Part shown: piece after piece, positions 12,001 through 25,250 of the stretch
Layout: every line of letters starts with the position of its first letter
Numbering within the stretch: the first letter of the stretch is position 1
Source of the DNA: Bipalium vagum
Taxonomy: Eukaryota
Length of the DNA stretch: 39,541 bases
Direction: 5' to 3'
NCBI GenBank assembly: GCA_037834085.1
Contig: JBBMKC010053593.1
Location: forward strand, 1 to 39,541
Translations under genes and position numbers: made by a program
The notes under the pieces: generated by a model
What the model saw: only the letters and a program-made list of their open reading frames with translations
What the model was told of the DNA's origin: nothing
Databases searched by the model: none

Positions 12001-14404
12001 TAAAAAAAAGTTTTTAAAAAACATTTGAATTGTTCTGTTTTTTCATGTATTTAATAATTATTATTAATCACTTTTTCATTATATAATAATTTTATAAGCA
12101 ATTCGTATATTTAACAAATCCATAGATCTAAAACTTTCTGTTAAATTTATTGTACAAAACATTTTGTATAAACATTTTCATGTAGAATTCTCTCTAATTT
12201 TCCAAAATAAAATTGAAATATAATCAAAATATTTGTTAATAATTAATGGAAACCAATTCTTCAGTTGAAACAAAATAGATTTTTTTGAAGTGCACACATT
12301 CCCATTTTATTTTCATTTATAATTATTTCTTTAAATTATAGTGATTTTAATAAATATTACTAATACGTATTTGTTAAATAATAAATCTATTTGTTTAATT
12401 AATTAAAATTAAATTACAAACATTGAAGCGCTTATTTCGATGATATTATGGGAGGAAAATATTTTTTGTAATAATAATAACAACAATAATAAATAATGAT
12501 AATAATAATGGAAATGTATCTTTTTTATTTTTCATCTCATTTATTTTAGAAATTTTTTGTAATTTTAAAATTGATTTTTATTTCCATACAAAATTTTGTT
12601 TTCATTTTATCATTTCATTATTAATAATTTTGGAAAAATATATTTGAATTATAATCGTTGTAAAGAAATCATAAATGTTTCCCCACGGGATTATTTAGGG
12701 AAATATTAAATCAGGTTGAGCTCTTTTCGTTATCGTTTGGAAAAAGACTATATTTCAATGGTTTACATTTTGAGAATCTGTAGATCTTCTTTTTGATGAT
12801 AAAATAATATCAGTTGTAATTTCTGAATATTTTTATTTTCAAAATAATTATTATGCTAAAGTTATTCCGATAAAAATGATTAAAATAATATTATAGTGCA
12901 ATTTCTTTCGATTGGTTTTATTAAAAAATTTTAGAACATTTCTATCATCATTTAAACTTATTAATGGACATTCACAGACAATCTACGAAAACGTTTTATT
13001 TCTCGGAATTGTAAATTTAATTAAAAATATTTTATCTTAATATTGTAGACAAGGAAATAAATCCTTATTAATTGCTAAGTGACGAATTTTGTAACAATAT
13101 TTCTGTAAAGTGATATTAAATAGGATTGTAAAGTGTTAATAATTATAAATATTAGCCTTTGGGTAATATTTTTCTTTGTCCATTGATTTATGTGTACAAT
13201 ATTTGGTTTGATTTTTACCAATTCATTAGGACAAATTTTAGATAAATATTGTTAGAGTTTATAATATCAACCGATTTATTCTTTGCTGTTCACTTTGCTT
13301 TAAGTTGGAAAATTTGTTTTCATTTTATGGACAAAAAATAAAAAAATCATTAAATAATTGTGAAAATGAATGGTCTTTATGTCCTCTGGTCTCTTGAATT
13401 TTCTTATGTTTTCTTATTCTATTCCCAAGCATCGAGAGGAATAATTAGGGAATTGTGGTGGGAAGTTCGCTGAATTGTGAGCCTCACCAAACATGATTAG
13501 GGATGGATTGTCAATAATAATTTCCCATCTCTGAAATTATTAGACTGCCAAGTTGACTCACATCTGATGATGATGATGATGATGATATCAAAGGACAATG
13601 TTGTAGCATCACTGATGCTTTTGGTCTTTATTTATCATAGCGTCGTGTCTTGATTTGCTCTTTATCTTATGATGTTTTCCCTTTTTCATTTCAGTATCTG
13701 TCTCAAAATCAGGCAGTTTTGAACATTTCATATGTTAATAATAATAAGCGCAACATATTATTAATGATTTCTAATGATTAAATTCTGTAAGATAAACCTG
13801 TGAATTCTAAATGACGAAAATAGGATTCCCATTTATTCCAAAAGATTTATTCGATTCATTTATTTCCTTATTATAATAAATTAAATGTTTTAATCCGAAA
13901 TAAATGTTATAGAAAATATTTAAATAAACATCGTTGAATATATTTATTTTAACTCTTTCCCACTGATCTATCGGCAAACGATAATAAAAAGTCAAAATTT
14001 CAATATTAAATTTTTTTCTAAAAAAATAATTTTTTTGAAAATTTATTTTTGTCATTTCCGGGTTTGAAAATTTCCAAGCAACGAATCCATAGAGGAAAAT
14101 ATTTCCAGTTCAGCAAATTATTAATGGAGTAATAAGAACTTGCTTGGTTTTCATTAGTAAAGAAAATATTATATTTATATATATAGATTATATAATAAAT
14201 ATAATACAATAATATATAATAAGAAAATATTACAATAAAATTCCAATGTTATTTAATTATAAAATAAGTTTCTCGTAAACAAGACTCAAAAATATTAAAT
14301 CAGTAACAAACAATTTATTAGCACTAGAGGTATTTCAATTTTCCGTTTTTCTATTAATAAAGGTATTTAAAGACCTGATAGGGTGTTTATTAATTTTTAT
14401 TTTC

Positions 14405-14800
14405 TGTAGCCTAGACAGATAGTTCCAATGTTAAAAATACTAAAAAATTTTTTTCCGAGGATCTTCGTGATAGCGATCATTGAAAATATCCATTTTCGTA
14501 GAGTGATGAATTTTATCTTGTTCATCAAATTGATGAAAACCTTCCATTTCTGCTAATTAAATTTTGTAGCAGCAATCAATAACTCTTTCAATTGGAATAA
14601 TAATGATAATCTTTGAAGCAAATGTGACTTGTGTTTGTGTCTTATAGTGTTATTTTGATTAAAAGAAATTCTTTCTTGTTGAGATTGTTGAATGGTTTTT
14701 ACTGTGAGTTTCATGTTGAGAATTTCGTATCTGATCTCCCATGAAACACACGAGTTAGACAAAATGTCCCCTCTATTATTGATTTGGTCATGTGTTTTAA
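14405..14800 (-). other. Endogenous viral element: decayed Mononegavirales-like L RdRp premotif A to motif A
   Basis: One frame reads CVSWEIRYEILNMKLTVKTI...ATKFN*QKWK...WIFSMIAITKILGKKFF. Compare VSV [22 protein letters not shown]...IDYEKWN...THEFF, with similar spacing. Confidence 0.5.
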
Positions 14801-16302
14801 TGAACTTTTTCTAGATTTTAAAAGCATTATTATTTATCAATTGGACAGTTGAATTGATAAGGGGTTTAATTAGAACAACTGGAATATAAATGACCTATTA
14901 TTATCGTTATCAATATTTAGAACGATAAGCTTAAAATTAATCAATTTCAAACTAATTTATGGATTAAGTCACTTTATATCAGTTCTACATAATGAGTTTA
15001 TTAAATAGTCTGTAAAAGTAGTGTAAACTTATTGAAACTCTTTTTTCTGTATATATTGTCATATCTCTGTTAAAATATGGTATGTCTAAAAATGGTATAT
15101 TTTTCAGTTGCGTCTTGTCAAGAACAACTTTTTACAAACGCTTTATTATAAATATGATGATTTTGAATTTTTAACTTATTGTTTTTATTATTTATCTGAA
15201 GAACTTTTAAGAAATTTACATTCCTCATTTTCACTTCATATTTTAATTCAATTTATCACATTTTGAGTATTTCATTATTATTATCATAATTACTATTACT
15301 ATTGCAAAACAAATATAGTTAATTTTTAAATGAAAAAAAAATGAAATTGTGAAAATAAATATTTTCAAAATTTAAAAAATGATTTTATTTTTTAAACATT
15401 TTTTAAAAAGTTAGTTTAGTTATTTTTTCATTGTTTTAATAATAAAAAATTAAAAATATATAAAATTTTATTTTTCACTTTAATTCAGTAAATAACATGT
15501 CTATTTTTCGCTAGAGGTTATATCATCCGTGGTGTATTAACTAAGAACATTTTTCTGATATTTGCTTTATTGGCTTCTTGGTCTTGTATTTCTGTACTCG
15601 TGTAGAAACTCGCAATCATAATAAATCAAAATCTGATAAAAATCTTCTGCAATTCTCTCCTTCTTGTATCTACTACTGATAATTATAAATAATAATTGCG
15701 ATGTAATTTTAAGACACAGAAAAAAAATTATTGACAAAAGATCTTAAAAATAATCTATTTATTTGCCTTTTTCTTTATTTATTGATAACTAAAATGACAA
15801 AATTTTACATTAATATAGTTATAAAAACTATTCTTATGTCTTATCATTGCATGCTTTAGATTTTCCAATTGTGCTGTGATGTAAATCTTTTTCTTATTGA
15901 ATTAATGTGACAAGTTTTTACATAGCGGTTTTTTATGATTGAAATTTTGTCATGTGTTAATTTCTATAAATTCCGTCATGCACCAAAGACTGAATATTTG
16001 TTACTGTTAAAATCGAAAATTTTTAACTAATATGCGAATTATATTGAAATAAATAATTCCTGCTCTATTTCTATTGGTCAATTGAGCAGCCAATAAATTT
16101 ATGACAATGTTGCACTATAACAAGATTATTTTGACAATGCATTTGACTATTTGTTTTTCATTTTTATTCTGCTACAGACTTCGATTTGATGATTCTCTCC
16201 TTCGTTATGCTACTTTTTCCTCGTACACTGTCGATATTGAAATTATTTGTTCATTAAAAAAATCTTTTTTTCTGATCATTGTATTTTCTGTTTACATTTT
16301 AG

Positions 16303-16345
16303 ATCATAAGCAACAGTCAATTGAGATTGTATTACTCTGATGAAA
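16303..16345 (+). CDS. AUTS2/tay-like gene, first recognised exon (IISNSQLRLYYSDE); start codon not found
   Basis: ttttag acceptor and gtatgg donor. The phase-1 join to 16405 keeps the frame open. Confidence 0.6.
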
Positions 16346-16404
16346 GTATGGATATTAATTTTTTAAATAATTGGATTAATTAAAAATCACCGATATTGTC
16401 ATAG

Positions 16405-16630
16405 AATATCAACCGAAAGTCGTACCAACAAAATTTTCTGTTGATTTGCTTACAACAGTCACTGACAAACAATCAGTAGAAACAGATGAATCAAATTTTT
16501 GCAATACCAATACTACTACTAATAACAATAATAATAGTAATAATTTGAAGAATTCTCCAGAAGTCGATATAATCAATTCTCTACCACCACCAGTGCAAGC
16601 GAGTACCAGAAGCAGCAGTATAAATCCAAT
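16405..16630 (+). CDS. AUTS2/tay-like gene exon
   Basis: atag acceptor and gtaaga donor. Same frame as ORF 16446-16634. Phase-2 join to 18064. Confidence 0.75.
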
Positions 16631-18063
16631 GTAAGAGCTCGTTTTTTATTTCATTTGCAGAACACAACTTTCAAATTAAATTAAAACCAGACGAATTGTC
16701 AATCAATAATATGGATTTTTAATCGATTTTTATAATTATTTTAATTAAAATATTTATTTTGTCATTGTTGATAAAATGATTCATCGACAAATGAGGATAT
16801 TTATGGATTTCCCGAACTGATGCATTTTTAATAATTTTCTCGGATAAATAATAATAATTATAATAATAATATTATTATTATTTTGTCTTGCTATACATGT
16901 TCGTTTACCTTTCAAAGGAAAGTGAAATAAGGTATATTTATAATATCTGTCTCGTATATGTTGTTTATTGATATTTGTTTATTCAAACCATGCTTCCGCT
17001 GAACTGTAAACGATCTCTGAACTTTGGATATAAACTTATGAAACACATTTCAGTTAGATTACAATATCTCTTTAAATGGATAAAATGTTCTTAAAATAGC
17101 AAAATAGTATTGAAAATTGCAAATGTTTACTTTTCTGTCGATTTTTTATGAAAGGAAATGATGAAAATTTGATTGTTAATAATGAATAAGGATTTCATTA
17201 TTCCTTTAAAGATTATTCATATCAGAACTATTTTTTGAAAAGGTTTTCCTACCTTTTATTGACATTTGTCTGATTGTTTTTGTCAAAAAGAAATCGATTG
17301 TGAGTTAATTTAAAGTTACATAGATTTAATGATGAACCATCAATGAAATACACTTCCCCATAAGAACAATCGGCGAATTGTTCTTATATTACACCAAACA
17401 TGGATTTATATTAGTATGGGAAAATGTATAATTGGATATCATTAGGCTGACATTTTATTGCCGACTTTATCAATGATTGCTTTCTTACTTATTGAATCCT
17501 GAGCTATTTTGTCTCAGCCGAAATTAATTAGCATTTGTATCTTAATTAATTGATAACGCTACGAAATCCTAACGGTGTTGGTGAGTGGAAAAAGCAAATT
17601 ATTCTCTTGTTCTTCCTTTTTCTCAAATATCGCTAAATGAAAATGAAAATGAAATAAACAAATTTATGTTGACAGAAGATATCGAAATTTCAGCATTTAT
17701 ATGTGGAGAAATTTTATTTCAGTTTTATGTTTTATTTTCTTCTCTAACTTATGTTTTTATTATTATTATTAGCAAATTATACAATCGCTTTATTATTACT
17801 GCTCTTTATTTAATATTTTCTCCAAGAAAATCACTATACTTTATATCAACATATTCTATGATCTTTTATGAGGAGGAAAGGATTTGTATCTAATAATAAT
17901 AAATTATTAAACATTACCTATTAACAGATATTTTTGTCAGTTTATTATTGTAAATTATGTGGAAAATGATTTAAAAATGATTTATTTAAAAATTCTGGAA
18001 ATAAATTTATTATGTCAATCAATCACATTGGTCTTCATTTTTTATTATTTTATTTAATTATAG

Positions 18064-18428
18064 AGATTCCAACTCTGTCAAAAGTCAGTCTCCTGAGAGC
18101 TGTAAAATGCTTTCCACAGGACTTAAACATGTGAGTAGTGTAAATTGTCATTCATCTCCTCCTTTCAAGGATTCTGCTGACAATTCTACTGAACATCATG
18201 CCGAAAGTAAGTTAAGTCACACAACAGGCAGCAATCACTATTTGACTAATGAAGATGAGAGCCTTACTGAGAAATCTGCTAACGAAAAGACAACGAATAT
18301 TAGTCTGTTACCCTATTATAAAGACATTGACATGTCCCAAAATCCAATGGCATCTTGGTTGAATTTACAGTACAACAAGTCTCTCTACTCCAATAATAGT
18401 TCTGGTCCTCACAAAAACCTGGTAGAAG
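18064..18428 (+). CDS. AUTS2/tay-like gene exon
   Basis: tag acceptor and gtaaaa donor. Frame of ORF 18107-18466. Phase-1 join to 20901. Confidence 0.82.
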
Positions 18429-19664
18429 GTAAAAATTATTATTTGCTAAAGCAAAATGTTACATAATTTTAAAGCGTTAAAGTAATTGATTCCAGTCATT
18501 GGAGCCACAAAATGAGACAGAAATGTCAAACGAATTTAAAGATTTTATGATAATCATTAGATTTAATCTTTTCAATCATAAGGGCACTTGAACTCAGTCA
18601 CAATTGTACTTCAATATGCTTTCTAGATTTTATTGATTTATTTATTATTGATCTTTTTTATTTTCTCATTTAATTCCATAATCAATTGGCAATTAAAAGA
18701 TTTTTATTTACCATACCCTCATCCTTTGCGTTGGATTTGTGAAAGCTAGGAGATATCATTTCAATAAAACTGCTTGCCATTTCCTGGTCGAGTGGTGTCA
18801 TTTATGTGATTTTTGATTTCAGTAAATGAGCTAGGTACCGTTGAACCTATGTGGCACAAATACGTCAATTAATCGTTAAATATCAGCTGTTGGGAGCATT
18901 TTTCGTTGAATTCGTAGTAAATCTCCATTTTCTATGGTAAATTTAATAAAGATTGTTTCACTTTGGAAACAACAGCAGAGAAGACCAACTGATGATTTGG
19001 TTTTTGTCATTCAATTCTTTATTTACGTTCTTTTTCTTATTTTTCATTTTTCACCGACAATTCTAAATAATTTATTCAGCTTCATGTCAAAATTGCGTTA
19101 CGTGATCATATTCGCATTTGCTTAACTAAATGATTCCTTCGATATTTCACTGAGGGTTACATTTATTTATCTTAAGATGTAATATTAAAATTAGTAAAAA
19201 TCTAAAATTAAATTTACCAATGTTGAGAAGTATTAAATAAATAAAAAACCGAAGGGTAATAGTAATTTTTTTTAATAAAATCAACCGAAAAAGAATGGTG
19301 GAGGTATCTTTTTTTCTGGATCATATTACCGACAACGACTTTCTCAATTATTTCAGAATTTGTTCCATTCACAAAAAATATTTTCATCTTCTCATTTAAT
19401 ATTTAAAAAAAACAATATTTTTTAACAGGTTTAAATCTATTTCTTAATTTTAATAACAAAATTTATTGATCATTTGAAAATTAAAAATTTATAAGAATTT
19501 TTCAAAATTGATATAAATATTTCTACACAATTTTGTTTATAGTTGAACTTACTAAATATATAAAAATAAAATATACTTATAGTAATACTAAAGTTAATAA
19601 AATATTTAATTATTAATAAAAAAAATTGAACCTTTTTTATAAATATGTTTTTTGATTATTAAAA

Positions 19665-19702
19665 TATGTTGGGTTGAACAAAACGCTTGTTTGGATTTTT
19701 TG
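19665..19702 (+). mobile_element. Solo mariner-like terminal inverted repeat
   Basis: tatgttgggttgaacaaaacgcttgtttggattttt resembles mariner TIRs. No partner TIR found. Confidence 0.35.
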
Positions 19703-19791
19703 CATTAAAGTTCACCTTTTTTGAAGTGATTATTAACAAAAAATTATTAATTTTTTAATAGTGAGTGTATAACATTTTTAAATAGCAAACA

Positions 19792-20733
19792 GGGAAAATT
19801 ATCGAGTATATATTCCTCACATTCTGATTTTTTATTTTCGCAAAAGAAAAAAATGTTAATCAAAAATGTGCGCCATTTATGGATGGACTGATCATACTTG
19901 AAATGTTGAAAAAGTTCAGTTTTCTGTTCAAGACATAGATCTTTCAATGCGACTATTGACATCAGTGATTACTTATTGACATTAATTTAATATAGACAGC
20001 GAAATGTTGAATTCAAGTCTGGGAAAATGTAATTCGGTACTCCATAAATTAGTAGAAAAACTTTGATCATATTTTTGCTTATAATTTGATATTGAAACAG
20101 CAGTAGGACAATCTACATTAAAACAGAAAAAAATAGACTATAAAACTGGATCGTTTATAAATATTAAACTCAAGTCTTTTCTGTAAAACCAAAAGCCAAA
20201 ATTCCAATATTTCAACATAAATCAGATCTGTAACCACTTTAAAAATTCCTATCAGTTATTTGGATTTTAAAATATCTTTAAGAGCTTCTATCAAACGGTG
20301 AAACCTTTAGCGTTTTAGAGTTTGTCTTTCTAGTAAGCACAGTGCACCAACCAAAAAACCATTGGAAACAGCTAATCAAAAATGGGGGATGTCTTTACGA
20401 CAATAACATTGAGTGTACCACAAAAAATTCAGAATTGGTATAAAGTGTTAAAGTACTTCTTTTCCTGATATTAATTCTTTAGATTATCAATTTGTTCGAT
20501 TCTTGTTGAATAGTTAACAAAGAATATCAGTTTATAGAAAATATCGAAAATCACATTTAAAATATATTTCATGAAACATTTCATAGAACATTGTACTGGT
20601 GCATGGGGAAATATTCCAGTTAAAGGAGATAGATTATAATTATAATTATCTAACGTAATGGTTCATATTGGTCTCGATAAATTTGGTTATATACCTCAAA
20701 AAATTGGTTTATTTGTCTTCAAAAAAGGGAATC
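19792..20733 (+). other. Endogenous viral element: decayed rhabdovirus-like L PRNTase (CR V) and downstream region, in an AUTS2-like intron
   Basis: Collinear series with frameshifts: GKII-VYIPHIL (cf. GRTVIGTTVPHPL), CAPFM (cf. PAYLGS), H*FNIDSEML (cf. SWFVEPDSKL), G-NLH at 20110-20118 then KTGSFIN (HR motif region), GCLYD (cf. KSCLRP), SFPDINSL (cf. TPPDVSHV), GAWGNIPVKGD at 20598-20630 (cf. GSWG..IYPLEGN) and VHIG (cf. YQVG). Confidence 0.65.
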
Positions 20734-20900
20734 TAATAAGAATGTAAAATAGAAATATAAAGTTTCGATAAGGAATCTAACATTTTTATCATGTGAAAAA
20801 AAGAGAATTATTGTTTTATTTTTTGAATTATTCAAATTGTTTCATTAAAATGTGTTGTAGAACCCAATAATTCAATATTTTATATTATTATTATATGTAG

Positions 20901-21187
20901 GAAATAATATCAATTTCCCTTTGATACCGCCAAAGCCTGCCAGCACTTACAGCGGACTGAAGAATGCAGGGAGTGCCCTCAATCACAGCACCACTAACAA
21001 CGTTCACAGTGCAAATGGAAAATTGTCCCACGATACTTTTATGGAATGGTCTGCGAATTACTTGGAAAATGCGAAAATGCTGCCTGGATCTTTACAAAAA
21101 TTTAACTCTCTCAATTATGATTTAGCAAATAATCTTCGTTATCAACAGGAACAGCAAGATATAATGAATGCATTGAGAATGAAACAT
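20901..21187 (+). CDS. AUTS2/tay-like gene exon
   Basis: tgtag acceptor and gtaagc donor. Frame of ORF 20921-21226. Phase-0 join to 23250. Confidence 0.85.
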
Positions 21188-22348
21188 GTAAGCGTTCATG
21201 TTGGAATTCTTTTTTATAACAATTGATTTTGTTCGTGATTTGGTATTTCTTTAACACATTTTCCTTTGGAAAATTCTCTAATGTTGTATTGGGAAGTGAA
21301 ATCAAAATTAAAGTTTTCTATTATATATGGCAATTCTAATTTGTCAAATCTGGGATCAATTTATTTAGGGTCTTTGATTTTTAATATTATTTATTAATTA
21401 TTATTTTATAATCAACTTCATTATTAATATCCACAATTATTTTCTCAATTTTTATATCATTAAAACAAAAAATAAAAAAATTTTATTTATTAAACTTTGT
21501 CTGACAGACTTGATATAATAATAATTTTCATTTTTTTCCATATTCTCAAAATAATTTTAATTATTATTTCGATATTAATTGAACATTTTATTACCATTCA
21601 AATAGGTCATCTTTTTCTTTTAGCGCTTCTATTTTTTCATCTTAATGAATAACCAAAGATTTCTCTTATAAATACGTGAATGCCACGAATTCATCTTTTG
21701 ATTTACTTTTTCCTTTAATGTCCCGTATTTATGGAAGTCTAAAATAATAATTTATTTCACAATATTCACTGGCACTTTTTCTAAAAGTTTTTCACAACTT
21801 TTTTTTCAAAATAGAATGGAAAAAGTCAAATATAAAATCAACATAAATTTAATATTTTGAGTTTGACTTATAATTAAAATAATTCATGAATAATAACTTA
21901 TTGATTTATTTGTCCCAAATATTAATGATTAAACAATGCCATCATTTCCTTTAACGGTAAATATTTATTTAATTTGTTCTCAATCTCCCTGAATTGTAGT
22001 ACAGATATTTCAGAGACAGATGAATGGGATTATGAAAGATCTGCATTGATATTGAGCAGCATTTAGTGGGCAAAAAATAAATAAGTTTTAATTTATTTTT
22101 CAATCAGTTAAGTTAATATTGATTATATTAAATATTTTATAATTATCATTTATTTGCCAACGGCAGTTACTATTTCACAATATTATGATATGCATGTTGT
22201 TTTTTCTGGCTTTTAAAAAGATCTTTTTTAAAAGAAAAAATGCCTCATAAATATTTTTATTTTTTTAACAAATTTATTAATATTGGTTACTTATTTGTTG
22301 AACATATTTCTTTTCTTGTTCAGTGCTTCGGTAATTATTTATTTTTTT

Positions 22349-22380
<32 letters not shown>

Positions 22381-23249
22381 TCTTGAGTATGTAAGAAATA
22401 TCCTTTATATCTACATAGACATAATTTGTAAAAATTATTTCAGTATAGTTAATTAAAGAATATTTTTCTTTCAAAGAAAGAAAGGAAAGATTTTTAAAAA
22501 TTAACTAATAAAATTAAACGTTAATTTATTTGGTATTTATTTTTTCTAAATTTATATGAATAATAATGAGACAGTCAATTACTAAAGTTTTATGCACTTA
22601 TTATGATTGACATATTATTATGGCATCTTATGATTCTGGATTTTCCTTGTTTTATCATGGAGAAATTTATCACCACACTTTCATGATAATAAATCTCCAT
22701 AGATATTTTCAATAATCGATGATGCATGCATCTTTTGTCTGTCCTAATTCATTAACTTTTTCCACGGTAATGCACATTTACTTTTTTACCTTCAATTTTA
22801 TTAATGATTCCCTTTTCTTTGTTGAAATCTATTTTCAGACATAATAAAATTGATTTTTCTTTCTTTTAATTTATGATAAAATTGCAAGGAAAAATATAAA
22901 TTGTATGTCTTGTGTAGAGAATTAATGAGAAATAATTAATATAATACACAGTCAAAGGGGGTTTCAAAAAGCTTTTTATAATGAATAAAATCACATTCTC
23001 AGATAAAAGATTAAATAATTAATTAAATTATCTTTATTAATAATATTAATTTATTAAATAATAAAAAGTTAGAATATCAATTCATTGTTAACTTAATAAT
23101 GAATTTTTAGCAATATTTTTTAATTTATTTCGACTTTACCTAATTTGCAAAAGTTGATTAAAAATCATAAATAAAATAACTTATTTGTTACAAAAAATAA
23201 TTATTTTATGATAGGATATTATTATTAATTATTAAGTTTGTTTTAATAG

Positions 23250-23546
23250 GAAAATTCAAAAATATCAAAGCCTTTAGTTCAACTTGGAATTGATGGAATG
23301 TACAAAATCGATACCTCATCATTTAAAAGTACGGACTCAAGATTTCCCAATCATAATTCAAACTCCGCCGGTTACTTTATGCCAAACAATCAGCTGCACA
23401 TCGACTTTAATTCGGCTAATGTTTTCAAAAGTCGTTCTGATCCCCGATCTCGGCACAACTGCAACGATTCTCTTTCCAACAAACCCCTGCCGACCGCTTT
23501 GTCAACGAATTCGACATTAAATTTCAAGACTCCTGAAAATGCCAAG
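23250..23546 (+). CDS. AUTS2/tay-like gene exon
   Basis: aatag acceptor and gtaaac donor. Frame of ORF 23298-23555. Phase-0 join to 23730. Confidence 0.85.
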
Positions 23547-23729
23547 GTAAACTGAATTTGTAATTAAAGAAGAAATTCGACGTCAAATTGTTTTTAACAG
23601 ACTTCCATTAAAATTGCTATTAATTTTTATTCACCGAAAATTTTGTCATTGTCGAACTTTTTCTTCTCTATCTATACTAATATTTGTTGATTTATGAATA
23701 TTGGTTTTAATTGAATTATTAATATTTAG

Positions 23730-25055
23730 AAACGAGGTTACTGGTGTGACATGCATGTCAAAATAGCATACTTTATCTTTCGTTCCCAAAAAAGACTATC
23801 TATCAATAAATCTCAAGAATTGAACACGCAACTATCACATTTGATGTACACTGATAAAATTCCTTCTGTTACCCCCACTCCTTCAATAACTCAGTATCCT
23901 AGCACGTTGCTACAACATTCCAATCCATACTTAGATTTTAGGTCTTCTCAACTAAAGAGCGATTCTAATTATTTGAATTATCAGTCCAAGTCATCTGCTG
24001 CATTTACTAATAGTCCCATAAGACCATTAAATTCGTATCCATACATCTTACCACCAAACCTAGATTTGGATATTCCACTAACCAATCCATTAGATGATCA
24101 TTATCAGACTGCAGAACAGAAATGGATGAGACTTCTTAATCAGTACATGACCAATCATCCTCTGTCCAATGTCGATAGATCTAATATCGATACAATGAAC
24201 CAGTTTTATCTTTGGTGTCAGCAACTAACTCAAGCCAATAATTCTATTCCACCTCCACCACCCCTTCCGCCATCTCATTTCAATCCTCCTATTCCTACAC
24301 CGCCTTTACAAACGCCAAATATCGATGCAAACAGTGCTTATTTAAGGAGGTACATGGAACAGCTGTCATCTTATCTTGGTTCATTGAAAAGTGAAGGAGG
24401 AAATACTTATATGAATAATGCAATAACAGAACGAGACATGCATATGTTCCTGATGAAACAACAACAACAGCAATATCACAAAGCCATGCTGTCGAAATAT
24501 CAATCAACAATGAACAATACTGCTAATATTCCAAGCCACTTAAATCAAATAGTCAATCCCGTCAATTCATTCTATTCCAAAATGAAATCAATAAACCCAG
24601 ACCCGATTATCCCTCATTATCCCGATTATAATTCTTCATTGTTAAGTCACAAATTTCGGCTGAAGCAAGACCAAATCCGACAGATGAAGTATGATCAATT
24701 GACCAATCATCATTTGAGGAATGGATATTCAAAACCTCCCGACAATGTAAATCCCAAACGTCGTAAATTGAATTCTGAGATTACTAAATCATACCAAGTT
24801 GAGTTATTGACGAACGACAAAGAGGGCACCAAAACCTCTGATCTATCAATAGAAAACCTCTCACATAGCAAAATCAATAATAATATTACGACTAATAATA
24901 ATGATAATAATATTAGTAATAATAACAACAACAATAATAATAATAATAATAATAATAATATCAATACCAATTCTAATAATGAAAATCGGTCTTCAAATTC
25001 AAGAGACAATTCCAATTTCCATTTACAAACTGTTGCTCCAGAATCCCGAGAATAA
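23730..25055 (+). CDS. AUTS2/FBRSL1/tay-family protein, terminal exon; the six exons give 847 aa plus stop
   Basis: The spliced junction reads AKKRGYWCDMHVKIAYFIFRSQKR, matching the AUTS2-family motif [22 protein letters not shown]. It is followed by Pro-rich and poly-Gln/Asn low-complexity sequence and an NLS-like PKRRK. Confidence 0.85.
   Translation, partial: KRGYWCDMHVKIAYFIFRSQKRLSINKSQELNTQLSHLMYTDKIPSVTPTPSITQYPSTLLQHSNPYLDFRSSQLKSDSNYLNYQSKSSAAFTNSPIRPLNSYPYILPPNLDLDIPLTNPLDDHYQTAEQKWMRLLNQYMTNHPLSNVDRSNIDTMNQFYLWCQQLTQANNSIPPPPPLPPSHFNPPIPTPPLQTPNIDANSAYLRRYMEQLSSYLGSLKSEGGNTYMNNAITERDMHMFLMKQQQQQYHKAMLSKYQSTMNNTANIPSHLNQIVNPVNSFYSKMKSINPDPIIPHYPDYNSSLLSHKFRLKQDQIRQMKYDQLTNHHLRNGYSKPPDNVNPKRRKLNSEITKSYQVELLTNDKEGTKTSDLSIENLSHSKINNNITTNNNDNNISNNNNNNNNNNNNNNINTNSNNENRSSNSRDNSNFHLQTVAPESRE
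24875..24980 (+). repeat. (AAT)n-rich coding microsatellite encoding poly-Asn
   Basis: aataat repeats in frame within the terminal exon. Confidence 0.9.
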
Positions 25056-25250
25056 TGGATTGTTTAAATTATTGTAAAAAGATTCGTTATCTTTTTGTAT
25101 ATTTTTGATAAACTAGATGATAATAGTTACTAGATCTTGATGGTGGCAATATTGATAATTTACAATATGTAACTGTTTATGTAACAACTATTTACATAGA
25201 TATGTTTATTTATGTAAATGTATCTGTGTAAATATGTATAATTTTATGAC

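Noticed and set aside
16434-16454. FSVDLLT as an eh1 Groucho-binding motif
   Set aside because: Lacks the final hydrophobic residue of FxIxxIL and is too short to support.
17585-17893. 102-aa hydrophobic ORF, and similar ORFs at 18934, 25234, 28496, 33916 and 36865
   Set aside because: F/I/L/K/N-biased chance ORFs of AT-rich DNA with no motif or splice support.
19747-19962. 71-aa minus-strand ORF
   Set aside because: Antisense to the viral PRNTase-like relic, with no independent similarity.
23284-23520. 78-aa plus-strand ORF
   Set aside because: Alternative frame of exon 23250-23546; the splice phases support the other frame.
24710-25015. Minus-strand poly-Leu ORF (101 aa)
   Set aside because: Antisense shadow of the AAT repeat in the AUTS2-like terminal exon.
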